Below are positions 28,308 to 53,278 of a DNA stretch of 64,000 bases, in pieces. The DNA comes from the human T2T-CHM13v2.0 reference genome, Homo sapiens. The notes under the pieces are model-generated. The model was not told where the DNA came from and searched no databases. It was given only the letters and a program-made list of their open reading frames with translations. Location of the stretch: NCBI RefSeq assembly GCF_009914755.1, contig NC_060937.1, one strand, 5' to 3'. Within the stretch, counting starts at the first letter, position 1. Each line of letters starts with the position of its first letter. A program made the translations under genes and the position numbers.

Positions 28308-29536
28308 TGAGAGGTGACAACGTGCTAGCAGCCCTTGCTCGCTCTCGGTGCCTCCTCGGCCTCAGCATCTGCTCTGGCCACGCTTGAGGAACCCTTCAAC
28401 CTGCCGCTGTGCTGTGGGGGCCCCTCTCTGGGGCTGGCTGAGGCCGGAGCCAGCTCTCTCTGCTTGTGGGGAGGTGTGGAGGGAGAGGTGCGGGCAAGAG
28501 CCGGGGCTGCATGCAGCACTCGCAGGTGGCATGGGTTCCAGGTGGGCGCAGGCTCGGAGGGCCCCGCACTCTGCACGGCTGGCCGGCACTTGCTGGGCTT
28601 GATTGGGGTATGAGCTCCCTCTGGGCTGCCGGAGTGCCTGGGCTAGGTGCTGCAAAGTCCCGTGGCAAGTGCCATTGAGAGGTGAAGCCGGCTGGGCTTC
28701 TGGGTCGGGTGGGGACCTGGAGAATTTTTCTGTCAAGCTAAAGGTTTGTAAACACACTGATCAGTACTCTTTGTCTAGCTAAAGGTTTGTAAATGCACCA
28801 ATCAGCATTCTGTGTCTAGCTAAAGGTTTGTAAATGCACCACTCAGTGCACTGTGTCTAGCTAATCGGGTAGGGGACTTGGAGAACTTTTGTGTCTAGCT
28901 AAAGGATTGTAAATGCACCAATCAGTGCTCTGTGTCTAGCTAAAGGTTTGTAAATGCACCAATCAGCACTCTGTCATAACGGACCAATCAGCTCTCTGTA
29001 AAACGGGCCAATCACCTCTCTGTAAAATGAACCAATCAGTAGGATGTGGGTGGGGCCAGATAAGGGAATAAAAGCAGGCCACCCGAGCCAGCAGTGGCAA
29101 CCCGCTTGGGTGCCCTTCCATGCTATGGAAGCTTTGTTCTGTCGCTCTTTGCAATAAATCTTGCTGCTGCTCACTCTTTGGGTCCATGCCACCTTTATGA
29201 GCTGTAACACTCACTGTGAAGGTCTGCAGCTTCACTCCTGAAGCCAGTGAGACCATAAACCCACCAGGGGGGACGAACAACTCCGGATGGGAGGAACGAA
29301 CAACTCTGGACCGCCACCTTTATGAACTGTAACACTCACCGCGAAGGTCTGCAGCTTCACTCCTGAAGTCAGCAAGACCACGAACCCACCAGAAGGAAAA
29401 AACTCCAGACACATCTGAACATCTGAAGGAACAAACTCCAGACACACCATCTTTAAGAACAGTAACACTCATGGCAAGGGTCCGTGGCTTCATTCTTGAA
29501 GTCAGTGAGACCAAGAACCCACCAATTCCGGACACA
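28308..29536 (+). mobile_element. 3' LTR (LTR12 family)
   Basis: Colinear with the 5' LTR. GATAAG at 29059, AATAAAA at 29067, poly(A) signal at 29153-29158. Ends CCGGACACA. Confidence 0.95.
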
Positions 29537-29619
29537 GCACCACTGCACTCCAGCCTGGGTGACAGAGCCAGATCCTGTCTCAAAAAAAAAAAAAAAAAAA
29601 AGAAAAGGATTAAAATTCA

Positions 29620-32040
<2,421 letters not shown>

Positions 32041-32980
32041 AGAACTGAAATTCTGAGAGACACAGGTAGCCCTGAAAACATTATGCTAAGTCAAATAAGC
32101 CTGAAACAAAAGGACAAAAATTCTGTTGTTCCACTTACATAAAGTACCTAGAGTAGTTAAATGCATAGAGACGAGAAATAGAATGGTGGTTGCCAGGGGC
32201 TGGCAGGAGGGGAGTAATGGGGAAGTTAATTGCTTAAAAGTTATAATTTCAGTTTGGGAAAATGAAAAAGTTCTGGAGATGCATGGTGGTGATGGTTGCA
32301 TAACAATATGAATGTACTTAATGCCATTGAGCTGTACACTAAAAAATGGTTAACATGGTAAATTTTATGTTATATAAATTTTGCCATAATTAAAAAAAAT
32401 CTTTTAAATTTTCCCCCAAAAAATTAGAATTCTTTTGGAAAAAACCTCAAAAACATTTCAAGAAATGGCAATGTTATTAGAATAAGTGTATAACTTTAGA
32501 AAACAACAACTTGTAAGAATAAAATGCTTATTTAGATATTTGACTTTTTGTAAGCTTATTAAAAATGAATGTGTCTGGAAATAAGGTAAATTTACAAAGG
32601 TAAATATGCTCTTTAACTAAAAACAACCCCAAAACCCTGAAGTACTGATACATGCTATAACATGGATGAAGTTTTAAAATTTATGCTGCATGAAAGACAG
32701 ACACAACAGGCTATATAAATTTCATTTATATGAAACATCCGGAATAAGCAAATCCCCTATTAGTGGTTTCCAGGGTCTGGGTCATGGGAACAATATAGAA
32801 TGACTGCTTATTGGGTAAAAGATTTCCTTTTGTGGTGATGCAAATGTTCTGGAACTAGATAGTGATGGTTGCACAACATTGCAAATGGACTAAAACCCAC
32901 TGAATTGTACACTTAAAATGGGTTTTGTTGTGGTTGTTTTAGAGATAGGGTCTTGCTCTGTTGCCCAGACTGGAGTGCAC

Positions 32981-33460
32981 TGCTGGGTCTGGCCCAGCGA
33001 TGGATGAAAGGAGTACTCAGGTGTAGGTATCCAGTGAAAGAGCGGGCTAGGGGACCAGGCCGCTCACAGACCCCGAGGAGGGTGTCCTAAAGGGTTGTAG
33101 CAGCCGCAGCCCTGACAAGCCTGCGCTGCAGGCATTTATTCAGTACAGATTTAATAACAAAGGCCTTGAGTCAACACACTTTGTGGGTAATTAATATGGT
33201 CACCACCCCATCCCACCCCCACCCCGCCCCAAAAAGCAATCCTGCGGATTAAAGGCCAGGTCCCGAAGCAAACTAATTTACCTAGATTAATTTCTTTACA
33301 TCCCCTTGTTATCTAACCTTTGCTCTCAGGCTCTGGATAAGATAATTTGCCTGCCTTCAGCCAAATCCTCTTTCGAAGCTTTTGCAAAACCTCCTGGCCT
33401 TCCAAGAAGGCTTGCATCTTTTCCTATAATTTCTCCCACCACCCTGACGAATCTCCCACA
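32981..33460 (-). mobile_element. LTR22 (HERV-K HML-5) solo LTR inserted in an Alu fragment
   Basis: The minus strand starts TGTGGGAGATTCGTCAGGGTGGTGGGAGAAATTATAGG and has AATAAA at 33140-33135. Perfect 6-bp TSD GTGCAC at 32975-32980 and 33461-33466, typical of beta-like ERVs. Confidence 0.85.
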
Positions 33461-34637
33461 GTGCACCGTAACTTTTAACTCTGGGCTCTGAAGTAGCTGA
33501 GACTACATGCAAGGGCCGCCATACCTGGCTAGATTTCTACACTAAATTTTAAGTTATGTTAATTTTACCTCAATTAAAAATGAAAAAACAAGGCAGGGAA
33601 TTCACCAACTTATGTAGGACTCCAAGATTAGTACTTTTGTAAGATATACATTTATTCAACCATCACACAAAATTCTAGTTGGTACCTACTTTGTGTAGAA
33701 AGTGCCTAAGGAAGTATAGTGTGCTCTATGTTGAACAGGAAAATACATTTCCTTTAATTTGCAGTCCTGTATTTCACTCTAAACATAAACATACACACAC
33801 ACAATAAGAATAGGCCCACACTTAAAATTTTGTTAAACATACCAAAAATAAGGATAAAAAATGATTAACAAATTAGAAAATATTTTTATTACTAAAACTG
33901 AAAAGTCAACTTTTATTGTTTATACAGAAAATTCTGACCAGCCCGGGCAACAGGGTGAAACCCCGTCTCTACTAAAAATACAAAAATTAGCCAGGCATGG
34001 TGGCGGTCACCTGTAATGCCACTTAGGAGGCTGAGGCAGGAGAATCGCTTGATCCCAGGAGGTGGAGGTTGCAGTGAGCGGAGATCGCACCACTGCCCTT
34101 CAGCCTGGGTGGCAGAGCGAGGCTCCCTCTCAAGAAAAAAAAATTCTTTTTAAAAATCTGCCAGTGCATTATAGAAATTTGTACATCTTTTTCCTACACC
34201 ATATATCATTGGTCTGTATAAATAACTTGTTCACAATTTTGTATCTTCTGATAAAACGAGTACTTTCCAAGGGTATGTAGTCATAATTCAGGTAATGATT
34301 CAAAATGTGTTGAATCTTATGCCCCTGTGCTGTTCTCTCACTCACTCCTATGGTTTTATGCCTCCTACCCTGGATAATTTGTCCTGATCTTTCAGATTAA
34401 AGATCATGTTGTTGATGTTCTGGTAGCCTCAGCTGGTCCTTCATACCACATATGAAATTCTTTTAAAATAATCTTCTTAGTTTAGCGTCTGTCTCCCTAG
34501 AGATTATATAATTTCCCCAAAGGCATGGACTTGTTCCCATCTTAAGAGCAGGTCCCAGTATCATAGAGGCACACAATGAATCACTTAATAAGAAATGGAT
34601 GAATGAATATGTTACACACAGAACTTTTTTTATATAA

Positions 34638-35197
<560 letters not shown>

Positions 35198-35519
35198 TGA
35201 AAGTGTTGGGATTACAGGCATGAGCCACCACACTTCACCAGGACCTCACAATTTTTAAAAAAATTGTCTTATTTCTTGTTTGAATGGTGAATGATGACGG
35301 AGAAGAGGGTGCATACTACTGAGGAAGGCATGAAGGAACCTGAGGTTCTTGAACTTGAGAGCTTAATTTTCTCCCAGAAACTTGTCAACCCGAATAGCTC
35401 CTTTCTCACTCAATTAGAACAGGGTTTACCTCTCCTTTTGTAGTTAGTAGTTTCTCATTTTTGTGTCCTGGGTTCCAAGAGCATTAGTTAAAGCTTTCCT
35501 ACTTTCATAAGGGTAATGC

Positions 35520-36087
35520 TGATAAAATAGCCCCAAAGTGTAAACAATCAAAATGTCTTTCAATGTGTAAATGGTTAAACTGGCACATCCAAACCATGGA
35601 ATACTACCAAGCAATGAAAGGAAACCAAACTGTTGATAAACACAACTTAGGTGGATCTCAAGGGCATCATATGAGTAAAAAAAAAAAAAAAAAAAAAGGA
35701 AAAAAAAGCTGATGTACTCTACAGTTCCACTTATTTAACATTCTCACTATCACACATTACAGAGATGAAAGATTAGTAGTTGCCAGGTACGGTGAAAGAA
35801 AGGGGTGGTGTAACTGAAAAGGGTAACACAAGGGAGCTGTCAGGTGTTGGAATAGTTCTGTGTCATGAAGTAGTGGTGTGCACTCGTGCAGGAACCTCCG
35901 CATGTGATACAATGGCATAGAACTATCCACATATGTTGTACCAAAGTCAGTTTTCTGATTTTGATATTGTGCTGTAGGTAGGTAAAAAGTAACCACAGGG
36001 GGGAAACTGGTTGAAGGGCACAAAATACCTCTTTGTTCTATTTTTGCAGCTTCCTGTGAATCTATAATTATCTCAAAATAAAAAGTC
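35520..36087 (+). mobile_element. L1M 3'UTR fragment
   Basis: CCATGGAATACTAC..GGATCTCAAGGGCAT..TTAGTAGTTGCCAGG..CTTCCTGTGAATCTATAATTATCTCAAAATAAAAAG. Confidence 0.7.
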
Positions 36088-36844
36088 AACAGAAATTTTT
36101 AAAAATTTTAAAAGGAAGATTGCTAAGTTTCACAGAGGAAAGCCCCAAACCTTGAAAGGTTGGAGCATTTTTCCAGATGCACCCTAGGAGGGTGGATGCA
36201 CCCAGGAAGGAAGAGCACCCGGAGGAAGGTTGCATGCAGGACCCCACTCCCACCAGAAATTTACACTGGCTCTAACCTCCTTCTAGAATTAATAGCTACC
36301 TCAGCTGTTGAGAACAGAAACAATGCTACCTATTGCATATAATTGTAGATGATAAAGGAACCTTGGTGAGCCAAATCCACAAAGCTCCCCTAAAAAGGCT
36401 GGAGCATAGTGGAGAAATGCAGATTTGCCCACAGCCAGCCACTTGGCTGATGACAGTCTCCAGACCTGTAAGCCAAAGTCCTTTCCCCAACACCTTGTGA
36501 CCCCTTGTAACAAAATCCTGAAATTCTGCCAACAGAGGTTAAAGACAAATTCTTTGGTCATTAACATAAAATGCCACCCATTCAAAATTCTAGAATAGGA
36601 CTTTTTTTTGAAATGTGGATGAGAGGTACTGCTAAAAAATTTGTAATACCTCTTCCATGCTTTTCACAAAAATGAATTAAAACATTTGAGGGAAAATAAA
36701 AAACGGCAATGCTGAAATCCACTACCCTACTATCATAACACTCTGCTTCCAAGGTCCCAGTGGGCATATTGTTACCTCACTGCTATGTCCTGCTGTCATT
36801 CAGAGCACAGCCCTCCCAGGACAAGAGCCAGTGTTTATCTGTTT

Positions 36845-42800
<5,956 letters not shown>

Positions 42801-43886
42801 AACTACCTTCTCTTCGTTCTTAACAGCTACTCCAGAGTCATCTTTTACAAAAATAAGGATTGCGTCACTCCTCTTCAAAACCCTCTACTGCCTTCATATC
42901 TCACTCAGAATAAAATCCAAAGTACCTGCAATACCTAAACGTCTCATAAAATGTGCTTACCTCTCCCTGCATTCCGCACTATCCTCCCTCTCCTGTTACC
43001 CAGCCATTAACCCCCCCAGGCCCCTTGCTTAAATGTATCGAACACTTTGTCCACAGGATCTTTGTGTTTGTTCTGTTGTAATGCTCTTCTCTCGGATACC
43101 TGCATGGCACCCTTCCTCACTTTCTTCAGATCTTTGTTCAAATGTCCTGAGAGGTCTTCTCTGCTCACTCTATGTTAAATTGTAATGTCTTTCTTCATTT
43201 TTTTCTCCATAACACTTTTCTCCATCTGTCATAATGTATATATTGTAATCATGTAAATAATTTTTTATTAACTGTCTTTTTTCACTAGAATGTAAACTTC
43301 AAGTGCATAGGGATGCCTGTTTTATTCTCATGTATCTTCAGCACAGTGCCTGTCACAGAGGTGACCAATAAATGCATGCTTCATGAACAAATGAATGCCC
43401 TGAGCACTGCTTGAGGAAACCAGTCAGCTGGGAAGTAAACTAAGTCAGATTCATTGGTTAATCTCAAATGAACCCTAAACACTAATTCCTTCTGTAAGAC
43501 TCTGCAACTGTGAACGATCATTTTCTTAGAATTCTGTCACTGATATTAAAATTATCTGTAGTAATGCTGATTTGGTTGAGCTAGCTCACTGCTCCCTTCC
43601 ATTTTCATCTTTTCCCAAATATTTATTGAGCATTTGCTGTATGCCAAGCACTGGATACGAAGTGGTAAACCTATAGTGACAAAGACCATGCCCTTATGAA
43701 CTCTGAAGTATAATTATCTGTAACTCACCATGCCAAAGTTAATCAGACCACTGCCCCTAGACATTCCTTATACAGTTTACTTTCCAGTTTCAATAATCTT
43801 CTCCCAGATAGACCAAAATTAAATCGAATTCTAGCAAACAATTTACATTGAACCTTGCCAAATTCATGCACATAAGTCAGCTTTCA

Positions 43887-44520
<634 letters not shown>

Positions 44521-45532
44521 TACTACAGAAGTGAAAATTTAAGCATCATAGGTATTTTAAAAATAGTTTGAAGAAAATAATTGGTAGTAAAATTGCATCT
44601 ATAGATTTTGAAATCTAAGTACAAATTAATAGCATTAAACTAATGTCTGAGAAATGTTCTTCACATTGCATTTTATGCTTCCGCTACAAATCCCAGTACT
44701 AAAACTTTTAAAGGCATTTCATATTAACTATTATGCAGAAATATTTTTATGGCATTGTGGTTCATTATAGTGGTTATATTGTCAGTTTTCAAAAAAATAA
44801 GGTCTATTTCAAATATTCCTGGCATATATGAAACTTTAGCCAGAGCAATTTTTCTAATTGTTAAAAGGGTTTTTGCCTTTTGTCAGCAAGTACTATAGTC
44901 AAAATATTTCAACCACAGATTCTTCTTATTCCATCAGAGGACAGCCAAGTATCTGAATGATACCTCAGAGGTACAGAAAGGACACAATAGCAGTCAGCAG
45001 AAATATTTTAATCTACTCACCAGACAGAAGTCTAATTGCTCCCCTATTTCATTTGACAACCAGAAACACTGTTTTGAGAAAAAATTTTGTGGGTTTCTTT
45101 TTATACAAACATAACCAAGTGCTAGTTCCCCACCTAACTTTCCCATAAAATTTTACCTGGTTGATTTCTGAGCAGTTTCATTAGAAATCTAAGGACATGA
45201 CAGAATATCAGTGAAGCAAAATCAGCATAATCACAGGATAAATTAAAGTAAAAATCCAATACTTCAGTTCAAGGCAATTCAGCAAAGTTGTACCATGACC
45301 TGCCCAGAAACAAAGCAAAATGAAAATAATCCCATGAGCCTGTGTTCCTGGAAAACTTAGCAGAAGCAAGATCACCATGAGAACGTGCATATTTTGGTCT
45401 GGGACTCACCCAAATAGTGTAATAATGAAAAGTTTGCTAAAAAAGGAGATTACTTCAGGAACTTCCAGTGACAACCCCGGTTTTCCTCTGGGAGAGTCAA
45501 AGCAAAACCAGCAGCAGAACAGTGGAATGGGG

Positions 45533-47260
<1,728 letters not shown>

Positions 47261-48784
47261 TGGCTGGGCTAGGAGGAGAGAAATGGCCAAGGACAGCAGG
47301 ATACACTTTGTATCCACCAGCTGCCAGGTACCGGACAAAATAGAAACGATGTTCTACATTCATTGTCTCATGTGGTAGTATAAATCCAAACCCCTTCTAA
47401 ACAATTATTTGTGCCTCCATTTTAAAGGCAAAGAAATAGGCTTACAGAAAGCTGTAGAACAGAGCTGGAAACTAGTCTGTTGGCTCCAAAACTCTTGCTT
47501 TTTTCCCACCATGGAAAAAGATATCTTCTTTCTTACTAGCTTTGGTATAGGGACCCCTCTCTTCCAGAGTACCCCCTTACAAGCCATGTCCCCCATCCAA
47601 TCTCCTGGACTGTTCCCATTCCTGTGCAGGCCCTTGCCTCTTTGAGTAAAATTATTTCTACTACTAGTTATCTAAATCAGAGGTGACAAAAATACAGAAT
47701 ATACAGGTGCTTTTCTTCCCAGGGAGCACATCAGGTATTCATAATCTTTAATTTTCAATGAGCCTGAAATTAACCTTAGAAGCTTCTCAACTGAGGTCCA
47801 GGTAGCCATAATCAACCAATCAATCAAGGCTAACAACAGAAGTGAAATTTGTTTGTCTGCCTTCACCTAAAATCATTAAGAAGCAATTGTGTGGGATCAG
47901 AGGGTGAACCTCTTCCTTCCTTCTTTACAAATACAAAAAGTAACTTTGCCAGGAAAATATGTGCATAGCTCCAGGTGGCGTTAGCTAGAAAAACTAATAT
48001 AATTATTAGGAGTGAACATTGTTGACTTCAACTGACCAGCTGGTCTCTCTGAATTCATTACAAGTCCTAACAGTCTACTAAATACTTCCCATCTACGTCA
48101 AAAGTCTAATATTGACAGTGAAGCAGTTTCCACATTCCAAATTGTGCTTTATTCTTGAAATATAACTGGGCCTCTATAAACCACTGCAATGACTTCCCCA
48201 ACTGCTTCACCACTTCAACACATTTCCCATCTGAATACTTCTAGTATTTGATTCGGTTCTGCCTCATGTTGTACTGGCCTTAGAGTCTAGAGCAGCTGAA
48301 GACATTTTTGAAGTCTGGAACAAAAATCAGGATTGAGACAGAAAAATCTGGCTGCGGACAATGAGGACGTGTACTAGGGGGTTAGGATTCAATTTGAATG
48401 TCCAATTACATGGTTACAAGCCTGTTTATGCCTTATGCTTTTCAGATAAGAATCAGATTTTGGAAGGAAGAACACAATCTTTGCCTTGCTCAATTAAAAA
48501 AACAGATTTTTAGAACTTCAGGATAAGTGGCAAAAAATAAAAATAAAATAAAAAATAGATTTTTGTCTTGTTCATTCTGCTGTTTTTCAGGATCTCAAAT
48601 AAAAAGTTTGATGGGGCCGGGCACGGTGGCACATGCCTGTAATCCCAGCCCTTTGGGAGGCCGAGGCAGGTGGATCACTTGAGGTTAGGGGTTTGAGACC
48701 AGCCTGGCCAACATGGCAAAACCCTGTCTCTATTAAAAATACAAAAACTAACTGGGCATGGTGGTGGGTGCCACCAGCTACTCA

Positions 48785-48931
<147 letters not shown>

Positions 48932-50162
48932 TTATTTTACACAATTATTCTTCATGATATGTTTTTCAATTATTCACAGTATTTCTAACCCTCATTACTT
49001 TAGCTGTCATTGCAGTGACATTTTTCTTGAGACAAGAATTCTCATTATATACTTTCTACATTAGAAACTCCTAATCAGTTCTTACTTGAAATTGTTCTCC
49101 TGTCAATCTACCAGGACAAAGGACAAATAATAAGTGAGTGGTGAGATACTCAAAAGAGGTGACCAACTGGGCCTCTCACATAAAGGACAGAACTTTTTTT
49201 CTCCTAGCTTGGAAAATTTGTCCTCCTGGAATTAATCAGCCAATGTCTTCTGAAAACCAAAATAAAATATCTACTTTGTTAAAATCCCTTCACAAGGGAA
49301 AACACAAAAATAGAAATACATAGACGTAAATTCAGCTTAATGACCAAAAGTTGTGTTTTGTGTAGTGTTTTACTCAAGCCTAGCAGAAAATTATAAGTTT
49401 CCCTTATTTTAATAAGCCACATCCCTGTTCATTTGTTGCTCTTATTTTCTAAGACTATTGGACAACTTTCACTACTCCAACATCCTAAAGTTGTTATCCA
49501 TCTCTATGCCTTTACATAAGCTGTTCCCTCTACTTTAAATGCCCTTACTATTCGTTCTCTGATTAAAGTGCTACTCTTATCAAGTCAAACCTCTGTGAAG
49601 CTCCCTTTTTCGTTCAGGGGTTCTACTCTCTTCCCATCCCCTTCCTCCAATCTAGGTGCAGTAACTTCCTCCACAGAACTCCCATGTCACTCATTTTCAG
49701 TGTCCTCTATTAAATCACTTAGAATATTGTAATGAACTTGCTTTTTTCTTCTACCAGACTCTTTGTGGGTTCCTTGACGGCAAGGATCATGTTTTATTCA
49801 TTTTCATGGTCTCATCACTTAGTACAGTATCTGATTTAATCTAGAAGCTCATAAATATTGAATGAATTTTGATATTTCCTATTTTCTACATGTAATTTAC
49901 TTCATATTTCTTTTAAAGCTTCAATTCTTTTCTTATTCTCTTTATATTAACGGTCTCAAACTAGAGACACATTGACCATTAGTGAATCAGGAAGCCACTT
50001 TGTTTTTCAGATCTGTACATTGGAGCTAATGACACAAACCTATTTTAAAAGGCTATAGTAAAAATAAATTCCTTATCCTCTTGAGAGAAAAATGCTAATA
50101 AAATTGGGATTTACTTTGGGAAGCCATTTTGCAATATTTTATGAAGTTAGACATACACCTAC

Positions 50163-50528
50163 TGATATGGTTTGCCTCCGCGTTCCCCACCCAAATCTCA
50201 TCCTGAACTGTACTCCCATAATTCCCACATGTTGTGGGAGGGACCCGGTGGGAGATAATTTGAATCATGGAGGTGGTTTACTCCATACTGTTCTCATGGT
50301 AGTGAATAAGTCGCATGAGATCTGATGTTTTTATCAGGAGTTTCCACTTTTGCATCTTTCTCATTCTCTCTCTTGCCTGCTGTGATGTAAGACGTGCCTT
50401 TACCTCCCACCATAATTGTGGGGCCTCCCCAGCCACATGGAACTATAAGTCAAAGTAAACCTCTTTCTTTTGTAAATTACCCAGTCTCAGGTATGTCTTT
50501 ATCAGCAGCGTGAAAACAGACTAATACA
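50163..50528 (+). mobile_element. THE1-family MaLR solo LTR
   Basis: Termini TGATATGGTTTG and AAAACAGACTAATACA. Perfect 5-bp TSD CCTAC at 50158-50162 and 50529-50533. Confidence 0.9.
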
Positions 50529-50559
50529 CCTACCTTACGATCAAGGAATGTAACTCCTA

Positions 50560-50718
<159 letters not shown>

Positions 50719-51501
50719 TCAAACTGCCATCAAGAGGAGAACAGAAAAATAAATTGTGATATATTCTACAGTGGAATACTACTTTCACAATAAAAAGAAT
50801 TGAACTACTAGTACATGCAATATGATTGATTCTCAACGACATTCAGCTAAACAAAAAGAGCCACAGGAAAAAAAAGTACAAACTGTATGGTACCATTCAT
50901 AGGAAATCCAAGATTAGGCAAAACTAACTTATGGTTATAGAAATCAGAATATTGGCCAGGCAGGCTGGCTCATGCCTGTAACCCCAGCACTTTGGGAGGT
51001 CAAGGTGGGAGGATCATTAGAGGCCAGGAGTTCAAGACCTGCCTATATAACATAGCAAGATCCCATCTCAATCAATGAATCAAACAGAAATCAGAATATT
51101 GTTTTTAGTCAGGGAGGGGGTTGACTGGAAGGGATGTCTACCCTATGTTTATTGGAGCAGGGAGAGTGCAATTCTGGTCCCCTTAGTTTTGATGTGGGTA
51201 GGGAGTACCTTCCTAAGAATATGCACATGGGACAGGAGTTAAGGCCCCCAAGTAAATGGAGGTCTAGTAGGAAGAAGGAATGAGTTTGAGTAGCTAAAAA
51301 ACAATGTCCCAATGTCCACTCCGTAACCCAACTCCTCATTTAGTATTGGAATGCCTTCAACATCCAATTCAGCTAAAACAATATGAGTTAAACTAATTAT
51401 TAGGTATCCTGCATCTAAATAATTCATCCCTAGGGGCTCCAGATTAAAATGATGGATTAAATACCCTCATCTAATTTTGTTACCTCCGAGAATCCCATTG
51501 G

Positions 51502-51545
51502 GTGTGTGTGCGTGTGTGTGTGTGTGTGTGGGTGTGTGTGTGTGT
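51502..51545. repeat. Interrupted (TG)n microsatellite
   Basis: About 44 nt of GT repeats with two interruptions. Confidence 0.95.
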
Positions 51546-53093
51546 CTAACGACCTAAACCATATGCATGGGGAAGATAAAAAATAACAGCAACATTTTGA
51601 AAGCTGAAAAACAGATGGACAAATGCCAGCTGACGTAGGTGACTTGAGAAAGCTCAATCCCAAAACAGCAATGGAAAAACCTGAAGAGCGACTTTTTGTA
51701 CACTGTAGAATCTTCTAAATGCATAGGAATAGGTACCACCCATTACCTCCTAGGAGTTTCATAAGAATTAAGTAAGATAATATTTGTAAGTGCTTACTGG
51801 CACATAGAATGAGCCCTCAGGAAATATCAGCTATCACTACCACTGTCATGCCTTTGGTTAAAACGAGTCAGATTCTCAACTGTCTATAGAAAAAGATTAA
51901 GCATTCTTTTTTTCTTTTTTTGTAATGGGCACAGAGGATATTTATTTAAGATGGTGGTTTTCAAACTTTTAAAAAAGTAGCAGACCGCTTGTTTTGTAAA
52001 TGAACCTTACTATAGGAAGCAGATAAATGTGGCACTCCTCGGGGAGCAGCAAGGGTGAGGGGCCTGGGCTCTACCCTCTCACTTTCCACCTTGTCCTTTA
52101 AAGGAGACTCTGACATCCCTGAGGAACACAATTGGTTTAGAGGGAAAGGGAAAAGAGGTTAACATTTAGACATGTAAATGAACGAATAAAATAAATGAAT
52201 AGGGAAAAAAGGAAACCCTTTCCTTAATGTGGAAGTAGAAGTGGAGCTGGAAAATCACCGCTTTGTAACCATCACAGTAAAAATTGCAAGAATCACGATG
52301 AATACTTAATCCAGGAGGGAAAGTTTGTTTAGAAGCAAGATATTTGCGTGATCTTCGTGCAAACAGATGGCACATAAGGGAGAAAACGCTGCTTATACCA
52401 GGGCAAATATTACTGACCTGCAGACTAGAGAAACATGAATGTCACCTAAGGCAAGAAAAGGCTGAAGTGCTTCAGATTAAAAGCTAAGAGAGACACAGCG
52501 ACTATTAATAAATACAACATATGATTTCTGACTGGATCATGTAAAAAAAAAATGCCATAAAGGACATTATTGGGACAACTGACATTTGAAATGTGGATTG
52601 TAAATGTGATACCAGCCAGGAGCCTGTAATCCCAACACTTTAGGAGGCTGTGGCAGACAGATCACTTGAGCTCAGAAGTTCAAGACCAGCCTGGGCCACA
52701 TGGTGAAACCCCCTCGCTATAAGAAATTAAAAAATTAGCTGGGTGTGGTGGCACCTGTGGTCCTAGTTACTTGGGAGGCTGAGGTGGGAGGATGGCTTGA
52801 GCCTAGGAGGTGGAGACTGTAGTGAGCTAGGATCATGCCACTGCACTCCAGCCTGGGCCATAAAGCAAGACTCTGTCCAAAAAAAAAAAAAAAAAAAAAA
52901 ATTGATATAAGCATTGTATCAGTTTTGTTTCCTGAATTTGATAAATGTACTGTGGTTATATGAGAGAATGTCCTCATTCTTAGGAGACACAAATCAGTAC
53001 AGTATATGGCCTAAAGAGGAAAAGATATGTGTGACCCACTCTCAAACAATTTAGAAAAAAACATATACAGTGTGTTTACATAGATGGAGAAAA

Positions 53094-53278
53094 CAGTGGT
53101 TCTCAAAGTGGGATCCCTGGAGGAGCAGCAGTGTCACCTGGGAACTTGTTAGCAATACGAATTCTTGGGCTCAACTCAAACCTACTAAATCACCTGTCTG
53201 GGGTGGGGGCCAGGAGTCTGTGTTTTAACCTTAGCCTTCCTGGTCGTTCAGATACATGCTAAACTTTGAAAACCACTG
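53094..53278. mobile_element. MER5A hAT MITE
   Basis: TIRs CAGTGGTTCTCAAAGT and ACTTTGAAAACCACTG, about 185 bp, with internal CACCTGGGAACTTGTTAG. Confidence 0.88.

Larger units (their letters stand above)
20714..29536 (+). mobile_element. HERV9 (ERV9) provirus with two LTR12-family LTRs, defective
   Basis: Both LTRs start TGAGAGGTGACA. 4-bp TSD GCAC at 20710-20713 and 29537-29540. PBS, gag, pro, RT, RNase H, env-TM remnant and PPT occur in order. Confidence 0.95.
20447..29606 (+). mobile_element. Alu split by the HERV9 provirus (parts 20447-20713 and 29537-29606)
   Basis: Removing the provirus restores GAGATTGCACCACTGCACTCCAGCCTGGG. Flanking direct repeat TTAAAATTCA at 20437-20446 and 29610-29619. 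Confidence 0.92.

Noticed and set aside
28730-29040. Regularly spaced direct repeats that superficially resemble a CRISPR array
   Set aside because: They are tandem LTR12 enhancer units with no unique spacers, in a eukaryotic context with no cas genes.
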